The notes under the pieces were generated by a model. It saw only the letters and a list, made by a program, of their open reading frames with translations. It had not been told where the DNA came from and searched no databases. Positions 26,801 through 38,952 of a stretch of DNA of 64,000 bases are shown one piece after another. Positions within the stretch are counted from its first letter, which is position 1. Each line of letters begins with the position of its first letter. Source of the DNA: Nemertoderma westbladi (lineage: Eukaryota; Animalia; Xenacoelomorpha); assembly GCA_032718475.1 (NCBI GenBank), contig JAUCBJ010008056.1, positions 62,001-126,000 of the forward strand. The letters are read 5' to 3'. The position numbers were made by a program, and so were the translations under genes.

Positions 26801-29775
26801 TTTACTTTCCATTACAAACAACATTCACTGACAACTTGGAATTACATTGTTTTTCTGACGCCAGTGACAACGGCTTTGGTGTGGCAGCGTACTTGCGCAG
26901 ACAAGTAGACTCAGAAAAATTCGATGTTTCGCTCATTACTTCTAAGGCAAAAACAATGCCTACTAAGTATATGACGACACCACGAGCTGAGCTACAAGCC
27001 GCAACCCTGTCAACCACCATCGTGAACCTCATACAGACAGAACTACAGTCAAGTTTACAGATATTTTATTGGACTGACGCGACGTTGGTTTTATTTTACA
27101 TAAACAACGACACACTTGAATTCAAGACATTCGTAGCTAACCGTCGCGCAGAAATTCTAGACCGTTCAATAAAAGAGGATTGGCGACATTGTCCCGGACC
27201 ACAAAACCCAGCTGATATTGCGTCGCGAGGAATGATGCCTGAGGAATTCTGTAAACCGGAAAACAAAGAATTTTGGCAACACGGACCACAATTCTTACAA
27301 GGTTCAACACTACATTGGCCGCCGTTATACGACAACAAGTCTAACACCATCCCTAAGGACGCCGAAATCAAGAAACCAAAAAGGGGGAAGGCAAAGAAAA
27401 GGACGACGGCGGCGAAACTCAAGAAAAAACCGAAGGCGAAATGGAAAGATATAACTTCAAAGGTCAAGAGAGGAAGACTTGCGAGCCTTTCTACACCAGA
27501 CATATCGCCAGACATATCGCCAGACATATCGCCAGACACGTTACTAGACGGTCAACCAGACGTTTTGCCAGACACGTCACTAGATATTTCGCCGGATGTT
27601 CCGCGAAACATTTTACCAGACATGTCACAAAATGTTCTACCAGACACTAGTAACACATTGACAAATAATAAAGCCGCAGTTCCCCTATTGGAGCGGCCTT
27701 CTATTGACAAACAACCAGATACGTTACCAGACGTATCGCCAGACACATTACTAGACAGTCGACTAGACATTTTGTCAGAAACATCACAAAATGTTCTACC
27801 GGACATTAGTAATGTATCGACTAACAGTAAAGCCGCAGTTTCCCTATTGGAGCGGCCTTGTATTGACAAATTACCAATTTTGACACACTTGAGCAACCAT
27901 AAGCACGGTGAAACCTCATGTATTACAGATGTGGGTAGTACCTACGCTAATGTAAATACAGGTGTTACTTTGCGCTCAAGAGACATACCGAACTTGCAAC
28001 CTATGGTGAGACCTGGGATTAATGTCGGCAGAAAAATAAGTTTACCGAAACCTGCTGACCCCATAGAGTTCAAACCACCATTAACGATCGACTTACAAAG
28101 TACTGACAATCGAGGTAAGAAGACGAAGAAGGACAAATTACTTGTAGACCCGGACGGATCAACAGTCAACAAGGGAATACTTACCGGCGGACCCGTGGGC
28201 CCTTCTAGTAAATCAAAACCTTCCAAGTTCTCCATTGACTTACCTGATGACGTCACAAATACTTATGTCGACCGTATTGTAAACCTAACAGACTCTTGGA
28301 CAAGCGCTTGCCGAAAATTAGCGTGGATTGTACGTTTTGTACAATACGTTAAAGGCAAACGCGACTTTACACGTCGACTTACATTGGCTGAGATTGACAG
28401 GTGTGAGATTAAATTAATTCGCCATTACCAACTGCGATATTTCGCACGCGAATTCACATCCATAAATCAAGGTCAACCAATCAAGTCGTCACCAATACTG
28501 AGTTGGAGTCCGATTATTTATAATGGCTTAATTTGTCATAAATCTCGGCTTCAAAACATTGACTTTAACACGAACTTTAGGTACCCAATAATAATACCGC
28601 AACACCACGAACTACAACGTGCAATGATACTGGACGCACATTTACATCTGAAACACGCTGGAAGACACCACTGTCTTTCCTACTTACGTACAAGATTTGT
28701 ATTAATTAGACCCAGTAAAGCGTTAAGTTCAGTGACACGTACGTGTATTATTTGTAAAAAGGTACATTCTAGAATAGGTACCCAAGAAATGAGTGAACTA
28801 CCACAAGCACGACTTCAAGCATTCAGACCACCTTTTACAGAGACTGGAATTGATTGCTTTGGTCCCATACATACGAAACGTGGACGTATACTAGTAAAAC
28901 GCTGGGGACTGATTTTCACATGTATGTCCAGTAGGGCAGTTCATATCGAACGTGTGATGGATCTTTCCACCAACGCGTTTATACTAGCATTGCGGCGATT
29001 TATCGCTAGACGCGGACTAGTAAAATGCTTGTACTCAGACCAAGGGACAAACTTTGTTGGTGCTCGAAATGAGATTGCTAGAGCTTTTAAGAAATTAGAT
29101 CATGATCAAATCTCGAACGAACTACAACCTCACAAGATTGTTTGGAAGTTTAATCCTCCAGATAGTCCATGGAGAGGCGGAGTCTGGGAGAGATTGATTA
29201 GATCTATAAAGACAGCCATGGCAAAGGTCATTCCAGTAAACCACATATTGACAGACGACCAACTGACAACATTGTTTGTTGAAATCGAGGCAATACTAAA
29301 TACTAGACCAATAGTATTAGTACCCGATGACAAACAATCTCAGTTTGCTTTGACACCGGCACACCTGCTAATGCAGGCACCGACAACTTTGACGCCTATT
29401 TCTATTCCAATAGAAAGCGACAGCTACGGTAGAAAAGCGTGGAAAATCACGCAACTACTGGCTAACAAATTCTGGGAAATATGGCAAAACCATTATTTGC
29501 CCTCTATTTCTGCCAGAACAACATGGTACAATAACACCCGGGCATTAAAGCCGGGAGATCACGTGCTGTTAGCGGAAGTGAATCTAAAAAGACGCTTCTG
29601 GATAACAGGTGTAATTTTAGCCACACATCCATCTATGGATGGAGTGACAAGAACTGTGACGGTACGGACAATTGACGGTCGTACAGTAGACAGACCGACT
29701 CAACGTCTCGTACTTCTTGAAGAGACTCGTAACGAGTCTGGAGACTACAAATCTCCACCTAATACTAGTAAATAA
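20848..29775 (+). pseudogene. BEL-2 gag-pol polyprotein interrupted by a single CGA>TGA at 22831-22833
   Basis: ORFs 20848-22833 and 22906-29775 are in frame. Motifs: CWRCTRHGHVRKDC, ILDSAS protease, FYVDD RT, CFSDAS RNase H, HHCC and DCFGP/SDQGTNF/WERLIR integrase. Confidence 0.93.
22675..22995. repeat. 84-bp tandem repeat, four units, within gag
   Basis: QFTSQSTTSRKTCEPTEQRRTVDTRPFN units; GGAAG landmark at 22703, 22787, 22871 and 22955. Confidence 0.95.
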
Positions 29776-30437
29776 TTAGGAGTTTACAAATAGATTTCCA
29801 CGTACCTGTACACCGTAGTAAGGACAGCGGTAGAATTCCATTGTCTTTATATGTGAACATTGAGGGTAGTACCCTTATGTGTCACATAGGAGCGGGATTT
29901 GTAGGTATAAGAAATGGAATTCTACTTGGAACTCACAATATTGAGACATTTTCGAAATTTTAGACAATCCATTTGGATTTGAAAAAATTTTAAAATTTTC
30001 TCCAGTGAATAGATTTCAGGGTACAGTCGGGTGGAACTTAAAATTAGAGAAACAAGAGAGGAAGACTTGCGAGCCTTTCTTAAAATTTTAATTAAATTTT
30101 ACACGGTCTTGTTTCAATAAGTTACGTCAATAAATAGACTCCCCTATATTTATTACTAATTCTTGACTGCTTATTTTCTGATAATAGTTTGGGATCAAAA
30201 GGTGAGTATTTTAGACTCACAGCCAATTTAGCCCAAATTCGTTTTTATTTCGGCAAAAAATTTTAGATAAGAAGCAGCGTGTCATTAAAGAAACCCTAGA
30301 TCTTAGGCTATGGGTAGGAGGTTAGAGCGTTGTCGAAGCCCAAAAGGCAGACGAAACTCTCACATCTCCTCACAACTAACCACAAACTCTGTTGTATTCC
30401 CTCTAGTAGTAATGATTATGTAACTACACCTCTAATT

Positions 30438-30773
30438 ATGGAGAAGGAGATACATAGAGAGCCGAGATGGGGATATGATATCCAAGAGGAAGCGGCAGCT
30501 TCATTCGAACGATTTGGAGCAAAGGACTACACTATATTTGGTATAAAGGAATTATCAGAAAGTACAGCGAAGCTCGCAAAGACAGCAATGCCTTTACTCG
30601 AGCAGGATTTAGCATATTTCGAGACGTGTATCTTCGCTGTGCGGGATCTCTTATCGAAAGACCATCTATGTTTACATTGTTACCCTATGAAGGAGAACGT
30701 ATCGTGGAGATTACGGATGAATCACGGCAGACGCGCGCGCCTATCGGTCACCTTGGTGATGATTTCGAAGTAA
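30438..30773 (+). CDS. Small ORF overlapping the start of ORF3; possibly its N-terminal part
   Basis: First ATG (MEKEIHREPRWG) at 30438; overlaps 30626..32140 in another frame; no recognised motif. Confidence 0.35.
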   Translation: MEKEIHREPRWGYDIQEEAAASFERFGAKDYTIFGIKELSESTAKLAKTAMPLLEQDLAYFETCIFAVRDLLSKDHLCLHCYPMKENVSWRLRMNHGRRARLSVTLVMISK

Positions 30774-32140
30774 CTACTACGATCGCCGACGATCCTTTAG
30801 AAGAACTTCTTGAGATAGAAAGGAACCTCCCGAAGAAATCTCAGACGGAGATTCGACAACTTGAAGCAACGGATGCTATAGTTTGTATACAACCTTCAGA
30901 AACCTACCAACCCATAGACCCAGATGATTACGATTATAGTATGGGAGGAAGCGCTCGACCGATTGGAGATCTTATATACGAACGAGTGTGGTACCCTGCC
31001 AATACGATGTGTAGTAAATGTGGCGTCGCTGGACATCATATGACAAAGTGCAGTGGAAAGCACATTACTACGACTCAGCTAATCTGTGGATGGTGTGGGG
31101 ATCAAGGGTCTCATACCTTTTATACTTGCTGGAGATTTATGGCTCAATGTACTTATTGCAATATAAAGGGACATCGAGCATCTGAATGCCAACTAAGAGA
31201 CATACCTTATGAACACGAATCTGTAAAACTCGTGAGAAAATTATTTGATGAGTGGGAAGATTTAGCCGACGAACATGTATCGGCACAAAGAAGACGATTT
31301 CCGATGAGAGCGCATCTCGGATTTTGGGCGGTAAATCCTCAAACGATGATGTCGGAAGGATATATCTCCGCTATGCCCCAATATGACGAACTTATCGAGG
31401 TAGTCGATATTTTGCCCCACGACAGTGGATTTCGAGTAGTGCGCGAGTATCTACTACAAATTCACCCGGATAACAAAAACACGTGGAACTTTCAGAAAGT
31501 CGTTAATCGCATTACGTATGGTGAATTCGATCGTTTCCGAACTGAAAAGCGGAATAAAGGAGCTTGGTTAACCATCGCATGGGCGTACCGAGCCGCGTTT
31601 TACCACAAACGTATACGAGCGAGCGTATTCGAGGAAGAAGAGGTCCTAGAGGCGACGAATATACCAGCCACTCCGGTTGCGCCGTCTGCACGTCACCCTC
31701 GGGAGGACGGACAGGGTAGGATCATACGGGTCCAGAAAGTGGGCCAACAATTAAAGAAAATTATTAATATAGAAGAACGCAAGGGAGCTGAGCCGACCAT
31801 TCGAGTTACTCGGGATACGGTATCGCTTCCAAGAGAACCAGTAGGAGGATCGGGACATACACCAGCTGATCAACAGGGGGCGCAAGCTACTCTTGGGTCT
31901 GCGTCGTCCACTCCTCGCGCGTTCCCAGACGTTCTACCAACTGTAGTGACAACTGATCGGTCACGAGGAATCGGTCGAGGTTTTGGGATGCCAAATAGAC
32001 GAATTTGCGAGGAAATAGTCGCACCGTCTCTCAACGTCCCAAGTAAACCAGTGACTCGTCCCATTAGTCCCATATCGCGAGCAAAGTCACCTGTGCGCAG
32101 TTTTCGAGGACGCGGCAGGGCTCGATCAACTAAGCGATAA
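30626..32140 (+). CDS. BEL-2 additional ORF3: three CCHC-type zinc knuckles and a Pro/Arg-rich tail
   Basis: 504 open codons between pol and the 3' LTR; CSKCGVAGHHMTKC, CGWCGDQGSHTFYTC, CTYCNIKGHRASEC; ends RSFRGRGRARSTKR. Start codon uncertain. Confidence 0.8.
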   Translation: MYLRCAGSLIERPSMFTLLPYEGERIVEITDESRQTRAPIGHLGDDFEVTTTIADDPLEELLEIERNLPKKSQTEIRQLEATDAIVCIQPSETYQPIDPDDYDYSMGGSARPIGDLIYERVWYPANTMCSKCGVAGHHMTKCSGKHITTTQLICGWCGDQGSHTFYTCWRFMAQCTYCNIKGHRASECQLRDIPYEHESVKLVRKLFDEWEDLADEHVSAQRRRFPMRAHLGFWAVNPQTMMSEGYISAMPQYDELIEVVDILPHDSGFRVVREYLLQIHPDNKNTWNFQKVVNRITYGEFDRFRTEKRNKGAWLTIAWAYRAAFYHKRIRASVFEEEEVLEATNIPATPVAPSARHPREDGQGRIIRVQKVGQQLKKIINIEERKGAEPTIRVTRDTVSLPREPVGGSGHTPADQQGAQATLGSASSTPRAFPDVLPTVVTTDRSRGIGRGFGMPNRRICEEIVAPSLNVPSKPVTRPISPISRAKSPVRSFRGRGRARSTKR

Positions 32141-32159
32141 AAGGGAGGGCAAGGGTGGA

Positions 32160-32780
32160 CGGAAGACTCGTGAGCCTTTCTTGTGAATTTGTGATTTATT
32201 TGAATTTATATTTATATTTGTGTTTATTCCGAACTTAAGCAATTTGTATTGTTCCGAATTTATGAAATTTAGAAATAAGAACTCATATTTAGTAAGAATT
32301 ATATTTAGTAAGAATTATATTTAGTAAGAATTATATTTGTAAGAATTTATATTTTATATTTGTAATTATTCCGAACTTATGCAATTTATATTGTTCCGAA
32401 TATTATGCAATTTATATTTTATAAGCAGTATTTGTATTTACAGTGAAACAGAAAGTAAGAGTAGATGGAAGACTCGTGGGCCTTTCTTATAGTTTCATTT
32501 GTAAAGTGTTATATTTTGTATTTAGAAAGTTTTATAGTTAGACAGTTTGTGTTTAGAAAGACTCATTTTGTAATTATTCCGAACTTATGCAATCTACATT
32601 TAGGTACGAAAGTATTTGTAATTACTTGAATTTATGCAATATTTGAGATGCAATAGTAGATGGAAGACTCGCGAGCCTTTCTTATTGTTTTCATTTATTT
32701 GTATTTGTAATTGTTTGAATTTATGCAATATTGAGATGCAATAGATTTATATTGGTGAATTTAATTTAGATTTATATTGT
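32160..32780. repeat. AT-rich degenerate repeats in the BEL-2 3' UTR
   Basis: TTCCGAAYTTATGCAAT and ATATTTAGTAAGAATT recur several times. Confidence 0.8.
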
Positions 32781-32969
32781 ACTTACTTAGTAAAGCCTTA
32801 AATACGTAAAGTTTGAAGTTGTAATTATTTTGTATCGAATCATTACGTAGAAAGGAAGTATTATTTGAAATTTAATTGTAAATATGTAAGTACGCCCTAA
32901 GTATTCTATAGTTTGATTGATTATTGGTGAAAACCGTATATTTTATGCACGATAATATCCTGTTTTCAT

Positions 32970-32976
32970 GGAGCGG
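32970..32976 (+). promoter_or_regulatory. BEL-2 polypurine tract (GGAGCGG)
   Basis: Abuts the 3' LTR; identical to the end of the BEL-1 PPT. Confidence 0.75.
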
Positions 32977-34905
32977 TATAGAATTATATTCCCTAAATGC
33001 CGTGGATTTTCAAAATTTTTATTTTATTCGAATTAACTTTGTAAAAGATTACTTTGAGTCCTCATTTGTATTTGTTATATCATTTATACACCCATTGGTC
33101 AAGTGGTTCAGTAGCTCAGTCGGTAGAGCGTTGGAAATTATATGTGTAGTAGGTATTGAGTTCGAATCCTAGTAAGTGCGAATTATTTTTTGTGCAGAAT
33201 TTCAACTCATTTAAATTGACCGCTACAAATTAATTGCATTTATCTGTACCAATGAGACTGTAGTTATTTGATTGTAACCAATGTCGTGCAAGTTATATAT
33301 TAGCTGGACCAATAGCTATCTTTAAAAACCTGTTAGAACCTATAGAACAATCGAGAATTTTCTCGATTGATTGCAGCACAAATTTGGTATATAAAGGTGC
33401 GATTCGTTCATTCGTTATCAATCTTATCGTATCTTCAGTTCATATTATATTCGTATCTCTGATTTATCTGATATTTGTTTATTCTGTCATTAGTTTCTCA
33501 GATTACATTTTGTATTATTATCTGCAATAAATTCAGAAATACCGCTATCTGCTTTTCTTTCACCATGATTCACTACGGTGAACAAACCTAAGGGACAGGA
33601 TGGCCGGCTAGAGATCGGGCCGCAGCAATGAACGGGAACATCACGGGAATGTAGACGAGAGACAACCCGCAATACCACCTTAGTTATTCGCCCATCGCCT
33701 GAAAAGTTAGACAGCGTTCGACACCTCGCTACCTAAGCGTAAGACCAAAGATCAAAAGGGTAGAAGTAGTGACACGCTGTGAGCCTAAAATTACATCTTA
33801 GGGACTGTACTGTCTTGATTCAGAAAAAACCACAGTAGACCTTCATATTCCTACGGGGGGAGAGCGCAGGCAGATACTAGTACGCAGATAGGACGTAGGC
33901 ACACCGGTACGAAGCATACAAATTGGTAGGGTGCAGCAAACTGTACGCCTAACTCTTGCTAAGTACAGGTGCGTGTGCGACTATTTGCAGTACAACGTGT
34001 CCATTGCATTAGAACTTGTAGGCTAGGAGGGTTGTTGTGTTTTCACCTGAATTAGGATTGTACCGTTCAGGCGGTAGGGCAGTTTACAGCTAGGCGCAAA
34101 TAAATTGAGGCTATTAGGGATATACTAACATCTACCATGTCCCCGCCAACGCCCTAATAGGAAGTTACCCGGACTACCTGGGTGACTAAAATTCTAGATA
34201 GGACGCCAGGATAGCTATTAGTAACTGTACGCCTACAGTAGTAAACTAACACATCTCTTCTTAGTATCAGGGACCTGGTACATAAAATTGCCGAATTCTG
34301 GGCGTAGTATTAACCCTATGTCTGAATTTGAGTCCTGGAAATACGCAAGAGGGGAAGGAACCTTATCATTCGTGAGTATTGGACCTACAAGTTACAAAAT
34401 TAGAATATTCGTAAAATGCACACCGTACCCAGTAATTATATATGTGAAGGAGCAAAACTGTTTTTGACCGTTCAGAATTAACACACGCGCGTTAGAAATT
34501 ATTTACACCTCAAAATATATAAAATTAACTTTCGTCCTTACTGTGCTTTGCCCGCTAGTTAGACATCTCCAAATCTGCCTCTGTACCTAGCTAGCGTCTC
34601 TTCGCCCAACCATATAAATCACACCGCGGCAAAGTATACGAGCCCCTTAGTCCGTCAGTGAGTCAGCCTGATTTTAGGATTCGCTGCGCGGGATTTTGTT
34701 TTATCGAAGTTTGTCTGCTCGTAGACTGTTTTCTGCCTCACCGGTTATAAGAGATCGATACTGCAATATATTCGCTTACTTAGAGTTTACTGTTTTGGTA
34801 AGAAGGTCGGATTTATGATTTGATTTACAAACTTTACAGTAAGATATTGCAGGTATTGTTACCGTCTCTTCCATATTAGTAGGAATAGGCGTATCTCTTC
34901 AATTA
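32977..34905 (+). repeat. BEL-2 3' LTR
   Basis: Direct repeat of 18110-20038. Confidence 0.95.
33105..33191 (+). ncRNA. tRNA-derived Pol III-like cassette, 3' LTR copy
   Basis: Same sequence as 18238-18324. Confidence 0.6.
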
Positions 34906-35905
34906 CAACGGGCAGCGGAGTTCAGGACCGGCGGCTGGCTATCCTCTCTTCCGGTAGCCGAACACCAGTTCGACCTCTCACCCCGGGAGTTTAGGGATGC
35001 TGTGGCTGTCCGGTATGGTATACCCCTCGTAGTTGTCCCGTGCAGATGCGACGGTTGTGGCGCTGGGTTTGATCTCAACCACGGGTTGAACTGTAAGAAG
35101 GGTGGTTTAGTGATTCAGCGCCACAACGAGCTCCGCGACGCAGTCGGTGACCTCACGGCCATGGCATTCGGACCGCGAAACGTTATGCTCGAGCCAGTGG
35201 TCCGCAAGCAGCACGAGGATGGCGATGGGGCTGGTCTGCGATGCGATGTCGGCATTAGGGGAGCGTTCAGTACCCAGACACAGGCGTTGATTGACATACG
35301 TACAATTAACCTTGACGCCGTGTCTTATGCTGGGCGCTCCGTGAGGTCGGTAATGGAGTCAGCGGAAGAGGAGAAGAAACGCTTATATACAGCCGCAGTT
35401 TCCGCCCGGCGAGGTGATTTCTCCCCTTTCGTCGCCTCATGCGACGGCATACTGGCACCGCAGGCCAACAAGCTGTTGCAAATCATCGCAGACCACCTAC
35501 ACACCAACTGGGGGAAACCATACAGTTCGGTAATGGGGTGGGTGCGCGCATGCATATCGTTTGCGATAATTCGCAGCACCTCCCATTGCCTGCGAGGGTC
35601 GCGGGTGAGATGGAGAAGTGGTTTGGGGCTCGAGGATGGCGCCGGGATACCAGGGGGCTTTGCGTAGATATTTGATCTATATGTCGTAAAATATAATATT
35701 TATAAATCAACATATTTTTTCTCTATGGTGTAATTGATTAGTGAACTCTAGTGAACTCTATTGTGTAATCTATTGTGTAATCGATTGGTGTATTCTATTG
35801 TGCAATTGATTCATATATTAATTACCACATACACTTACTGGTACGTACGTACACTTACTGGTAAGTACGTACACTTACTGAGTCCCGCAAAGAAAATACA
35901 CAACA

Positions 35906-36029
<124 letters not shown>

Positions 36030-36100
36030 AATAATAATGAAATGCATTTCTATAGCGCCAAATTTACAGCATAGAGAAGTACGCTAAGGCGCATTAAGTT
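36030..36100 (-). mobile_element. 3' tail of an L2-clade LINE or SINE
   Basis: The - strand reads GCGCCTTAGCG...GGCGCTATAGAAATGCATTTCATTATTATT, the GCGCC...GGCGC stem plus (ATT)n tail typical of L2 ends. Confidence 0.55.
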
Positions 36101-36609
36101 AAGATAGTGACGCATTTGTTGTGAGGCTACTCGTTTAAACGTATTTGGAGGGGCATGTTGTAGATATAGTAGTGTCCATTTCATCAAGCTTATGTCTGAT
36201 AATTTGTATTTTTGCTCATATCTCAGCTATTTCCCAACCAAATTCAAATGTTTTTACATATTTAAAATCCTTGCATGGCCAGCTTTCCACTAGTACCAAC
36301 AAATCACTATATAGTATATATTTATAATTTATTATTCCACCTACTGCCCTAACTGTCTGACAGTTGTTATAACTGCCACAAAACTACTATAATTTTGAAG
36401 GATTCTTAGAAGTTCTAAAAGCTAAACATGAGAATGCAGCGCACCCCACCGCGCCGCTTAACACGCAGTCGGGGCCCTGCGCCAACACCCAATGACGCCC
36501 CAACCAGGATACCCCGACCACTGAATGCTAGTCGCGGTTCAAGAATCTCCCCCGGCAACGGACGCGCTGCATCTATCTGCTCCAAGGTCCGTCACAGTCC
36601 ACCAACCTC

Positions 36610-38144
36610 TACCGATATCAGACGCGTTTCACCGATCCCTACAGAGGTCGGACGCGTTTCACTGATCCATACAGAAGTTGAAGCGGTTCACCGATCCCTA
36701 CAGAGGCCGGACGCGTTTCACTGATCCATACCGAGGTCGGACGCGGTTCACCGATCCCTTCAGAGGCCGGACTCGTTTCATCAATCCCTACAGAGGTTGG
36801 ACGCGTTCCAACGATCCCTACAGACACCGGACATGGTTCACCGATCCCTACCGAGGTCGGACGCAGTTCACCGACCCCTACAGATGCCGGACGCGGTTCA
36901 CCGATCCCAACAGAGGTCGGACGCGGTCCACTGATCCCCACAGTGGTTGGACGCGGTTCAGCGATCCCTACCAAGGTCGGACCCGGTTCACCGATCCCTA
37001 CAGAGGTAGGACTCGTTTCACCGATCCCTACAGAGGTCGAACGCGTTTCACCGATCCCTACTGATGACGGATGCAGTTCACTGATCCCTACAGAGGCCGG
37101 ATGCGTTTCACCGATCCCTACAGAGGTCGGACGCGTTTCACTGATCCCTACAGAAGTCGGAAGCGGTTCACCGATCCCTACAGAGGCCGGACGCGTTTCA
37201 CTGATCCCTACCGAGGTCGGACGCGGTTCACCGACCCCTACAGATGCCGGACGCAGTTCACCGATCCCAACAGAGGTCGGACGCGGTCCACTGATCCCCA
37301 CAGAGGTCGGACACGGTTCAGCGATCCCTACCAAGGTTGGACCCGGTTCACCGATCCCTACAGAGGTAGGACTCGTTTCACCGATCCCTACAGAGGTCGA
37401 ACGCGTTTCACCGATCCCTACTGATGATGGATGCGGTTCACCGATCCCTACAGAAGCCGGACGCGCACCTCTGATCCCTACCGAGGTAGGACGCGGTTCA
37501 CCAATCCCTACAGAGGCCGGACGCATTTCATCGATCCCTACAGAGGTCGGACACGTTTCACCGATCCCTACTGAGGTCGGACGCGTTTCAACGATCCCTA
37601 CAGATGCCGGACGCAGTTCACTGATCCCTATAGAGGCCGGGCGTGGTTCACCGATCCCTACAGATGCTGGACATGGCTCACCGATCCCTACTGAGATCGG
37701 ACGCGGTTCACCGACCCCTACTGATGCCAGACGCGGTCCACCGATCCCTGCAGAGGTCGGACGAGGTCCACTGATCCCCACAGAGGTCGGGCGCGGTCCA
37801 GCGATCACTACAGAGGTCGGATGCGCTTCACCGATCCCTACAGATGTCAAACGTGGTTCACCGATCCCTGCAGAGGTCAGACGCGGTCCACTGATCCCCA
37901 CAGTGGTTGGACGCGGTTCAGCGATCCCTACCAAGGTCGGACCCGGTTCACCGATCCCTACAGAGGTAGGACTCGTTTCACCGATCCCTACAGAGGTAGG
38001 ACTCGTTTCACCGATCCCTACAGAGGTCGAACGCGTTTCATCGATCCCTACTGATGACGGATGCGGTTCACCGATCCCTACAGAGGCCGGACGCGCACCT
38101 CTGATCCCTACCGAGGTAGGACGCGGTTCACCGATCCCTACAGA
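36610..38144. repeat. 30-bp minisatellite block 1 (CCGATCCCTACAGAGGTCGGACGCGGTTCA)
   Basis: About 50 tandem units with higher-order variants. Confidence 0.98.
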
Positions 38145-38952
38145 GCTGCTTCTAGTGTTGATCTTTTTATTAACTCCAGAAAGACCAAAATTCTGACAGT
38201 TAACTTTGAAAGTCCTCAGCAAGTCTCTGATCGGATGAGCATAAGCTCAAAGGATGGTATGCTTGAGCATGTGGACGACTTCTGTTACCTGGGATCATGG
38301 ATCCGGAAGTCATGTGAGGACCTTCGAATACGTAAGGGAAAGGCATGGGCAGCCTTGAATAGGCTTTCCAGGATTTGGAAGTCGCAGATAATTAATCGGA
38401 AACTTACGGTCCGATGATTTAGAGCAGCAGTAGTTCCAGTACTCCTCTATGGGAGTCCATGCTGGGCTCTAACTGCTGAGGACACCAAATCTTTGGATGG
38501 CACATTCACAAGAATGCTACGCCGGGTTCATTGTGTCAAGTACAATGCACACATCTCCAATCATACACTATAAACATTGGAGATGTCTCATTGGTTCCCC
38601 CCAGCTTGACACTAGAACAAAGTAGCCTCCACTTTGCAGGACATTGCTTTCGCCGTGAGGACCAGCCAGTGCATGATCTTGTACTTTGGCAGCCTCAAGG
38701 AGTGAATAAGCATGGTGGACAGCCCATGACTTTGTCTACAGTGTAATAGGAGGTATAGGCCTTCGCGCAGCACGAGGCTCAGTTATGCAAAAGCAAATTC
38801 TAGCTAAAATTAGTGATTTTACTGTATCACAAACTCGGTATCTAAGAAATTTTTCCAAACACCAGTAAATCAAAGAGAGGAAAAAGCCGGCACAGCATTC
38901 TTAAAAATGCAACTGCAATGCAGCATGCCGATCCTAGTAGTAGTAGTAGTAG
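38145..38952 (+). mobile_element. 5'-truncated RTE-clade LINE fragment with (TAG)n tail, copy 1
   Basis: LFINSRKTK..VDDFCYLGSWI..RKGKAW..IWKS..LLYG; ends GCCGATCC(TAG)n. Confidence 0.85.

Larger units (their letters stand above)
18110..34905 (+). mobile_element. BEL/Pao LTR retrotransposon, 16.8 kb, near intact (BEL-2)
   Basis: 1929-bp LTRs with only about 4 differences seen by eye, CAACG TSD at 18105-18109 and 34906-34910, domain order gag-PR-RT-RH-IN. Confidence 0.96.
17833..35905 (+). mobile_element. 5'-truncated CRE-like non-LTR element (CRE-2), split by BEL-2
   Basis: 17833-18109 (LSPQMGGLGL) rejoins 34911-35667 in frame (VAVQRAAEFRTGGWL...REFRDAV...HGLNCKKGG..RHNELRD..RCDV..IDI..EKKRLY) once one CAACG is removed. 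14-bp TSD ACTACTACTGCTAC. Confidence 0.9.

Noticed and set aside
30626-32140. ORF3 as an envelope gene
   Set aside because: No signal peptide or transmembrane segment is visible; it has zinc knuckles and a basic tail instead.
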